This document shows, in pieces, positions 53,672 to 64,000 of a DNA stretch of 64,000 bases. The translations under genes and the position numbers were made by a program. The DNA comes from Chrysomallon squamiferum (Eukaryota > Animalia > Mollusca): the NCBI GenBank assembly GCA_012295275.1, contig CM022674.1, positions 13,826,001 to 13,890,000 of the forward strand, in the 5' to 3' direction. Numbering within the stretch: the stretch's first letter is position 1; every line of letters starts with the position of its first letter. Under the pieces are notes generated by a model. It ran no database searches. It had not been told where the DNA came from and saw only the letters and a list, made by a program, of their open reading frames with translations.

Positions 53672-55849
53672 CTCCTCCTCCTCCTCCTCCTCCTCTTCAT
53701 CCTCCCCCTCTCGTTTTCCAGATTAATCATTACTTTATTAGTATTATTATGTACAGACAGCATTCCGGTTGTGACGTCATTCCAGCTGGGCTTTGGTGTC
53801 AAAAACATACAAAGTGTCTGTCTGTTATGTTGTCAGTATGTTCGTCTGCACTACGGTGCCTTTTGTTTAACAAAGGCTCACAAACAAACTGAGTACTTAT
53901 TTACAGAGTACCAGTCGCGGTACGAATGAACTGTCTGAAAACATTCTTTGTTCGTACAAGTTATTATTTTATTTAGTTTAATAACAAATGACGACAATAA
54001 AATATTGCAGTTGCAAAACCGTTAACAGCTGGAATCATGACGTCATAGCATACAGGGCGGACTGGAAGAAACCAAAGAACATTGATCCGCACTGTACGTA
54101 ATGACGTCACTATTAAAGAAAAATGGCGCTACCCACATAGCTCTGAAACTGTACTTTTTTGGTGTCATGCCTCGATATTAATTAAAACTGGACGGCAAAA
54201 ACTCAACAAAACATAACGTAAAAGTGAGCTGAATATATTTCTTCGTATCACTATAGATACATTAAAAAAAAAAAAAAAAAAAAAAATAATAATAATAATA
54301 AATAAAATAAAGCTTAAAACTTTATTTTAGTAATAGTTTAGAAAACAGACAGTAACAATAACTGTTACATTTATTTATCAAACATTTTAAGTGTTATATT
54401 TTATATGCACGTATTTTCTTTTGAAAGTGAAAATATTTTTGAAAAGTGCTTGATGAAATAAAAGCTGTGGAAGAAAAATATGCTAAAATGAATCAATGAA
54501 CGATGTGCACAAAACTTTTTGTAAGCATCGTTTGAAAAAACAAAACAAATCGCTTCCTCTTCTCTGGAAAAGAAAATAGCGGATAAAAGGTAAAGATTGT
54601 TTTAATGTTTTCAGAATTGTGAATCTCTACTAAATATACCGTTAACAGTATTTTGAAAGGAGCGACCGTTGTTATAATAATAATAAGAAGAAGAAGAAGA
54701 AGAAGAAGAATTATAACAACAAAAGCAAATACGGAAATTGCCGAAAATATACGAAGTGGGACGATTCGTTACCAGAATTGTAACAAACACTGGTTATAAT
54801 TAAATGGATTTATTAAGCTTTCTTATCTTAAGTGCTGTTAAAGAAGTCGGCAAACAAAAGGCGTTTTATATTAATTTATAGACGACAAAACAAACGCGAA
54901 TAATGGAGGGCGATTATTTTATCTCACATCGCAAAAGATTTTATTTATGGTGTTTGCGTCAAAATTCGAAATGAGTGTTTGATTCGGACTAATTATAAAC
55001 AATTTGCGGTTGCGTGGAATACAGAAATACAAAATGAAACACTGGAGTTATTAATTAGCAGCAATAAATGACGAAAAAGGAGCGTTAAATAATACAAAAG
55101 AAATGAAGACTGTAAATTACGTTTTGACATGAGTGTTAATCCGACATCTGTTTCTTTATGCATCAGTAATTACGAAAAATGAATTTCATGCCGTTTTTGT
55201 GTCGCTATTGTATAGTGACCTGTGATATTTATTTAAATAGAATAATAATAATAAAAATAAAATAAAATAAAATTACTAAAATAAAATAAAATAAAATAAA
55301 ATAAAATTAAATTAAAATGAATAAAAATAAATAACAATTACAAATTTAAAAATAAAAATAAAAACAAAAAATAAAAATATAATGAAAAAGAACAGTCTGA
55401 TATAGATTATTTGCTTTCAAATCATTAAAAAAAAAAAAAAGAATAAAAAAAAAAAAAAATAAAAAAAAAAATAAAAACAGTGCTGAGATTAAGTACAAAT
55501 TTCAATTTCCGGTTTACTGAGATTTTACATTTCAGTATTTGATTTTATGTCAGCCATGTTCTGATCTATAATTTCTTCATCACTGTAGCAACAGTGATAA
55601 ACTAGCTTATTTATTTTTGAGAAATACAACAACTATAAACAAAAGTATTAACTCATTTAATCACCAGACGTTCATGAACAAGAAAACAAACATTACATTT
55701 ACTAAACTGTTTAAATTCGCGAGGTCAACCAGTCAAATCGAACATTTTCGCATTCTGTTCTGGGAAGATCCAAATGGGGAGAGAAAGATATTTGTTGTTG
55801 TTTTTTTCATTTTCGATCGATGTGTTCGTTTTCTTCTTCCTCTTCGTCG

Positions 55850-55884
<35 letters not shown>

Positions 55885-57862
55885 TTCTTCTTCTTCTTCT
55901 TCTTCTTTCATTTCTTTCCTCATAATCAGTCATTATTAGCAAAACTCATCATAAATTGTATTATCGACCACAAAATGGCGGCCATTTCTTTTTCTGAAGT
56001 CTTGGATTCGCTCTTACTGTTTATATCCGGGATTAACTCCAGCGCGTGAAACAAATAAGAAAATCTTCGCTTTTCACATTAACAGGATTTTCTGTTCGTA
56101 TCGAAAGTCGTCCTAAGCCAATAGTGTTAGCAGAAAAGTGTTTGAATTAACACAAAACACTTTGTCATCTGTGTCGAAATTTCTACATCACTGGTGAAAG
56201 TATTTCAATTACTTCTACTTGAGGCTAACGGAACGATCACACGAAGATAACTGGCTTATGTACAGTTTTGATTTATTTAAATTTTTGTGGCTAATAACGT
56301 GTTTCTAAAACCAGAAACATTTTATTCTCGGTTAAATGAAAACCGGTTCAATACACTCAAAATGTTCGAGTGTTAGCCTTTGTGCTTATTAATGTTTCCA
56401 CATACATAACACTTACTTGCTGCGTCAACACGATGAATACGCTTACTTTTACTGTGAAAAGATCTTGACATTCTTAAATTAAATATTGACATTTAAAAAC
56501 TGATGGTGTTTTGAGCTTGTTGACTTTTAAAATAATCACACACAGGACATAATAATAAAAAAATATAAAGCAACATTTACCGATTTACTCAAGCACTGAA
56601 TCTCAGTAACAATTCAGATAATCTGGATGACATGTGAAAGTAAACGTACATAAATTTGTTATCATTTTTGTTTGTTTGTTGTTTTCACAGTAGTCTGGTC
56701 TCTGGCGTTACTACTTACATTGTCAGTAATTCCAGTGTTCTCTGATTTCGATTTTGACAGATATAAAAATTATTATTATATTTTATTTTTCATAAGCTAC
56801 ACAGTGATATGTTTTTGCTGTTTCTGCTTCTATTAGTATCACTACAACATCACCGCTATTAACAATAATTGCTGTTGTTACCGCTACTACTACCGTTACC
56901 ATTACTACTACTATTATTATTATCACCACTATTATACTATCACTACTACTACTATAACTATTGTTACTTCCTATATATACTCTAGTCCTACTACTGTTAT
57001 AATTATTACCACTACTATTACTATTACAACAAACGCTTTACTACTGCTAGTTCTACTACCACTAATATATACTACTCATATTGTTACAACAAAAATAACA
57101 AAAGCACTACCATTAACACTGTTTTGTACTATTGCTATTACAGATGTATCACCATTATTACTATTTATCATCATCAACATCATCATCATTATCATCATCA
57201 TCTCATCAGTGACAAAAAATTAGAGCAACAAACTTTTCATTCCTTAATTCTCTCTTCATTCACAACCAAAAAAATATTTTCGTAAAGAGCACAAGACAGA
57301 AAAAAAAAGAAGAAGAAAAAAAAGAGAAAAAGAGTCTGCTAAATTCATTAACAACCATTCATGAAAAGGGGAAAAGGAAAAATTCAATTATTACAGCAAA
57401 TTACAGTGTTAATTGAAATATCTAAAACAAAGGAGAAACAGTCTGAAAATAAACAGTTTTGTTTGTCATGGACTGTCAAGGTTTATTAATGACACTCTTA
57501 AATGAACGACGAAATTAAAGGGAATGGAGTTGTTATGCGGGATCTAAATTAATATTTCATTTTGTTGTGAAATATTTTTTGTTATATTCCTGTTACTGCC
57601 TAATTAATTTGTTTCTTTCATCTTATTTTTTTCTTTTTCTAACCGCTATGGTGACTAAATTAATCAGTCTTGTATTTCGTTATTGTCTAATATATATATA
57701 TATTCCTTGTATTTTTGTTGCCGTCTAATTAATATATATGTACCATATTTTTATTCTTATTATAAAAATGAGTAATTCATGTATTTTTGTTACAGTCTAA
57801 TTAATATTTTTTTTTTACTGTTATGTCATGCACATACCTCAAGAATTTCTCTTTTAGCTATA

Positions 57863-57895
<33 letters not shown>

Positions 57896-58112
57896 CTCAT
57901 AAACATTATATAAATTATTATTTCATAGTATAAATCTTAATGATGATTTCTTAACATATGTTAAATGATTCATTTAATAACTTACATTTTAATTTTTGTT
58001 TCGACTGGACAAACTGTCTATGGGAAAGTATATCATTTTAAAGAACGTTCATGCTGAACAAATAAGTGTAGACCATAGAGTGGCTCTTAGTAGCTTCTCT
58101 TCTGTGATCATT

Positions 58113-58560
58113 AATAACATGTAACGTACGTGATGACGATCAGCCAGGTTAATGTTTAATCATTATACGTAATAACACGTAACGTACGTGATAATGTTTA
58201 ACTTGTTTCTGTTAATATTCAGTCATTGTACGTAATAACACGTAACGTACGTGATAATGTTTAACTTGTTTCTGTTAATATTCAGTCATTGTGCGTAATA
58301 ACACGTAACGTACACGATAATGTTTTACTTGTACGGGTTAATATTTAAGTTATACGTAATAACATGTAACGTACGTGATGTTTTAACTTGTATGTTTAGC
58401 AGTTACACGTATTAACGCGTAACGTACGTGATAAATTTAACGAAAACTTTCCTGCATTAATGTTTAATCATTATAGTGTAATAGCGTGCGTGGTGTTTAA
58501 TTTGTTTGTGTTAATCTTCAGACATTTCATGTAATAATGTTTAACGTACGTGACAATGTT
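58113..58560. repeat. ~55-63-nt CpG-rich minisatellite, ~8 units
   Basis: Core TAATAACACGTAACGTACGTGATAATGTTTAAC at ~58122, 58179, 58242, 58305, 58367, 58420, 58483 (degenerate) and 58543. Confidence 0.85.
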
Positions 58561-59911
58561 TACGTTACAGTGCAGCTTTATGAAGTACTTATGAACCAAT
58601 AAATGAATATGCTAGGTTCAAGATGAAGAGAAGAGAATTATAAACTGTTAAATATTTCTGGCTTTAGAGACCAAAGGGATCGATTTAAAAAAAGAAAAAC
58701 GCAGACCCACCCAACAAACACAACAAATAAAATGCTAAATATTTTCTGTGAATGTTTGTTAAAATATTGGTTTGGAACAAAAGAACGAATGAAATTAAAA
58801 AAAGGATATTACACAGAATTATTCAAACATATACGTACCATTTTGTTAGCCTTTAAGAATATGTATGTATATCATAAATTTCAGTCACAGGTGAAACAGA
58901 ATCGCGTGCTCAAACACTCTTAACTTTCGTTCCAACCCAATATATACATAATTACAATCGTTTAATATACATAATTTATATTAATTCATTAAGACCTAGC
59001 AGTAGTTTATAGAATTATGCTTCTTTACCTCTTTCATCACTAATTAAATAGTTGTAATAATTTTCATATCTAGCGAGCTACAATCACCCTCAGATACACG
59101 TACATCAGACTTATGTGGAGATTACTTAACAAGAGGTTTCCTGCCTTATTATTATTATTATTATTATTATTGTTAATTGCTTTTGTTTTGGTTGCTGTTG
59201 TTGTTATTATTATTATTTTTATCATCATCATCATCGTCGTCGTCATTAACTGTTATTATTTTAAATAAACAATGATTAATATTGCTATATCTGTCTGATA
59301 CTTTGTTACTTTACAGAGATGTTCAGACGTTCGTATATTTTGACTTTCGTTCTGTTTTGCAGAACATTTCATTTATTTCATTGAGGGAGCATCTGCATTT
59401 TGCTAAAAGGACTGTACTTAATTTTTATTTTATATCTGTTTCGCTAAGCGAAAGAAATAAAAGTAGCAGCCTCTATACATCCCTTACTATTTTATTATGA
59501 TCCTTTATTATTAGCAAAGACTGACCTTTTTGTACACATTTCTTGGAAATATTTAGGCCGTGTTTGTATCCTCTGAGGCACAAACAGTATTTGAAATTGT
59601 ATGCCTGTAAACTGCGAGGCATGATGCTGATAAATTATACCTTACAGATCAGGAAGAATTGTGGGCGAGTGCTTCCATCTCCCCGTTTTTATGAATTCTA
59701 TTTCAGATGACTCGGATTAAGTGAAAGAATTTGGGAATAATCTTGCCAAAATTGATAATGTTTTTCACGCATTGATTATATCAAATTGCTATCTGAGTTT
59801 TTGTTGTTCTTGTAGTTTTAAACAAATTTAAGAAAAATAAAAAAAAAAATAAAAGAAAAGAAAAGACAGAAAGAGGCAAATTGTTACTGTTTAATAATAT
59901 TTTTCTGATCG

Positions 59912-59974
<63 letters not shown>

Positions 59975-60469
59975 AGAAGAAGAAAAAGAAATACAAAAAA
60001 ATATATATTACAACAGAATCTTGCAAAGATGAAATTTCAGTTAAAACAGATTATCTGAATGAACTTTACAAAAATTACACATATTCTGATTACCTAATCA
60101 TTACTTTGGACTAATGATGACACCACTTCTGCTCTTCGACTTCAATAAGACCTTTTTATATTGGATGACATAAAATTAACTCTTCCACGTTCATTCATTT
60201 AAAAAGATTTTTTTCTTAATATGTTTTTTTTTTTAATCTTTTTGTTTTGTTTAGATGTTTGAAATAAATATGATGACGTTGAGTATGAACGTGCAAATAA
60301 CAACATCAACAAACAAAACAACAGTAACAACAACAAAAACAACAACATAAAAAAAGCCAATCAAATAGTGAACTGATTTCGTTATTATTTGCCGTCTTCT
60401 TAAAGGAAATGTCATTCGTACAGTATTCACTGATAATACAATTTGTACATTTTAATTTGTAAATCTGCA

Positions 60470-60519
<50 letters not shown>

Positions 60520-61866
60520 AAAATAGCATATAAAAGGAAGACTTGTATCTTTGGTGGACTTCATGTCGCCACGAGAAAATGGCGTAAACACATTTCAGTT
60601 ATCTCGAACGAACGAGAACATGCGTTAACTCGCAATAAATGGGCTCAGATTCACATCAGTTTCGATTTTAATATAGATCTGTTTTTTTCATTGTTAACAA
60701 TTAGCCACTTTCGCTGACGTGTCCATTAAAATCCGTGCTGATTATACGTTAATTAGTTTACTTTTCAGGTAAGGCAAAAACGCTGAGAAAACATTAATTT
60801 ACAGCGATTGTAGAGAAAACCTTTCGTACGGCAAACACATAACTTTCACCTCATAAACGGATGAAAAGAACGAGTGTCAATACAGCGTATTTTCCATTTA
60901 ACATTAAATACACATTATCGCGTCCGAGACAGAAAAGCGAAAAAAGAAAAAAGTGACAGATGTATTTAATATTTGTATTTGATAACGTTCAAATAAAAAC
61001 AAAAGGCTTGACAGATCGATAAACGTGAGTTTGAAGCATATTAGAGTATTATTTTTACGGAAGGATTTACATTAACAAAGTAAGGCAATTTTTTCTTCTT
61101 TTTTTTCTTCTCTTCTTTCGGTCAAATAGCTGCAGTAATAATAGGAAATCGGAAGAGCGTGTTCGATTTGTGAGGCAGTAAAGTTGAATGAAATTTTAAG
61201 CCGTTAAATTTTACACACAGTTAGTAATAATTAGAAATTTAAGATTAAAAAAAAAAAAAAAATAGCGTAACATTTCTTTCTGAAAGCTCTTTGCGATGTT
61301 CTGGACATTACTAATTTTATTGAAAAGAACGGAAAATCGATTATTTGAAAAAAAAAAAAAAAAAAAAAAAATTCTCGCTTTTGATCACCCCGTGTGATTA
61401 AAACATCAACAAGATTGTCAGGTATCAGGATCGCAACTGGATACCGGATTTTTCTAAATTTGTTTATTAATATATTATTACAAACTCAAAAAAAAAAAAT
61501 CGTTCATTTGACATTAATAATAGATAATATTAAAAAGTGTCCTTTGATATTCATTATTTATGGAATGATGGAATGCAGCAGTAGCATAGAGTTTTCGAAA
61601 CATTATCAGCTGCGAAATTCAAAAAATATTTTAGATACTGAAGTTATTCTGTATAATAAATTTCACCACTATACATTATTAAATTATTAATTTCAAAATA
61701 TAGTTTAAAAATTAAAGAAACAAGAACACACACACAAAAAAAAAAATACAAGAAGAGAAAAACATCAAATAAATAAATAAATAAATAAGCAAAAAACAAA
61801 CAAACACACACACACACACACACAAAAAAGAGGTAATATGTATGAACTTTCATTTTAAGAGAAAAC

Positions 61867-61933
61867 TTAAAAATAAACAAACAACAAAAAAAATCCACAG
61901 CTAATTAGATATTTAGATATTTGCTGTTTCATT

Positions 61934-62011
<78 letters not shown>

Positions 62012-62084
62012 TTATCACATATGAAACAGCAAATATCTAAATATCTAATTAGCTGTGGATCTTTTTGTTGTTTGTTTATTTTAA
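61867..62084. repeat. Inverted repeat with perfect 40-bp core arms enclosing (CT)n(TA)n
   Basis: 61893-61932 is the exact reverse complement of 62021-62060; imperfect extension to 61867 and 62084. Confidence 0.9.
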
Positions 62085-62090
62085 TAAATG

Positions 62091-62181
<91 letters not shown>

Positions 62182-64000
62182 AAAACAAAGAAAAAAGAGA
62201 AAAATAATCAGCGATAATTTAGCGTTGGCGCGCACTATTTTAAAAGCCCAGAACGCATCTGTATCCATTTACTCGAAATTCTCCTGTTTTTTTTTAAAAA
62301 AAATTATTACTATTTTTATTATTATCATTATTTTTTTTTAATTAATTTTAAAAATTAATAACTTTCCTTATTGTTATTTTTAATTTTCTAAACAACCAGT
62401 TTGTATTTGATGAACCTCGAATGAGTTTTATTAATAACAATACATGATTACTTTAAGTTTCGTTTCGAGTCTTGCGCGGAGTTTTGAAGTACGTCACGTG
62501 ACACGCTATTCCTTTTTATGTCATAGAAATTATTTGCTGTCCGCCATTAATGACCAAAATGTCTTTACCAGATCTGAAGATAAATTGAAAAGTAGTTGAC
62601 GATAATTTATTGTCGACAATCGATAAATCGTTTGGGTAAATTTCGTGTAAAACTGCCAGTTACTTAACTGCCAGTCATTTAATAACTGTCAGTTAGCGCA
62701 GCTCCATTAATAATAATAACTATATTTCTTCGCCAAACACATCTCGCACTAAAGAGAATACATAACTAAAAACTGTTTTTAAATCACCTGCAGTTTCGTA
62801 AGTAGATTACGATGATAAATATCTCCGCATTCCGCACAGTTTCTTAACAACCAATAATTTCTTTCTTCGTTTTCTTCTTCTTCTTCTTCTAAAAGCAATT
62901 ATGAGGCAAGAAATAGTTCATTTTTAATTAATATTCATGACAGTTATGAATTTATTCCTAACAACAACATCAACAACATAACAACATTAGTTTAATATTT
63001 AAGACACATTATATATTTCCAAAGAATTGTAAAAATTTATGTTTCAGACAATCACAGGCTTTCGTGAACAGTCGCCTGCTAAGGCTTTTCACGAAGTCAT
63101 GTGACACAAACAAAATATGTGATTGGCTGAACTGGATATATTAAAGCAATATAGAGGGAAAGAATATTATGCTTTATAAAAACAAGTTGTCAGAAAGGTA
63201 CACGTATGTTGTGTTCCAAAACATATCGACCTTTTAACAAATGAAAACAACAATAACAAAAATAGCAACACCACAGTAACAATAACAAAATTAACAACAG
63301 CGGCAATAACAACAATAATCTTTCCTTTTTCGTTTTTTACCCATTTTGCTAACGAGACTAATTATGAGATTATTTTCCTTAGAACAGTTCACTAATTTGT
63401 TGTTTCATTAATTAAATCTACGAATATATTTGATAACATTACATACTAATGACCGATTACAATGGATGAATCTGCCCTGGGAGGTGCATAGATTCTTATA
63501 ATTTTTGTTGTTTGTTTAATTATCAGCTTATTAAAAAGTATTTATATTTTTGGCGGTAGAAATTGAAGCGATCGTTTGAATGAATTAAAGGGAAACAACT
63601 CTTGATAATTGTGTCAGTAACTTTACGTGGTTCGATTTTCTTAAATTAAATTTCTTTTATCGGATCTTACATTTTGCAACATTTTCAAAATAAAGTATAA
63701 TAAATATAAACGACAAAATTCTCCCCAGTTACCAGACTGATATATATATATATATATATATTTTTTTTTCTCTCTTCTATTTGCTATATTAATATTTATC
63801 ACATATTGCGTACTAAATCGCCATCCTGTTTTTAACAAAAATAACGTGAAGTAAAATAAAATAAAATAAAATAAAATAAATAAATAAATAGCAACAACAA
63901 CAGCAACAAATAAATAAATATATGAATAAACCAACCAACCGATAAACAAATATATATATATATATATAAACAAAACAATAAACAAATAAATAAATTATAA

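Noticed and set aside
53722-53892. Possible exon 2 of the signal-peptide gene after the (CT)n tract (INHYFISIIMYRQHSGCDVIP...)
   Set aside because: The acceptor is created by a microsatellite, the peptide is not recognisable, and the segment looks regulatory (CRE at 53772); not excluded without RNA data.

Overview
Very AT-rich, microsatellite-laden eukaryotic (metazoan, probably molluscan) genomic DNA with GT-AG introns; most ORFs in the supplied track are repeat artefacts. By manual splicing I reconstruct: the 5' part of a membrane-anchored JmjC/cupin gene (-, runs off the left edge), head-to-head with a complete 10-exon ILKAP PP2C phosphatase (+); a 4-exon EFHD/swiprosin gene (-); a 6-exon Cab45/SDF4 gene ending in HDEF (-); a divergent head-to-head SDF4 paralog with the same exon phases but no HDEF signal (+); and the first exon of an unidentified signal-peptide gene (+) with a TATA box, clustered CRE sites and a long first intron. 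The most unusual unexplained element is a TATA-driven, strongly structured putative non-coding RNA at ~26.9-27.3 kb (four abutting G-U-containing hairpins, then an H/ACA-like domain). Also notable are tandem 'echo' copies of splice junctions around EFHD exon 2 and ILKAP exon 8, and a candidate recursive splice site. Family assignments are from motif recall, not database searches.
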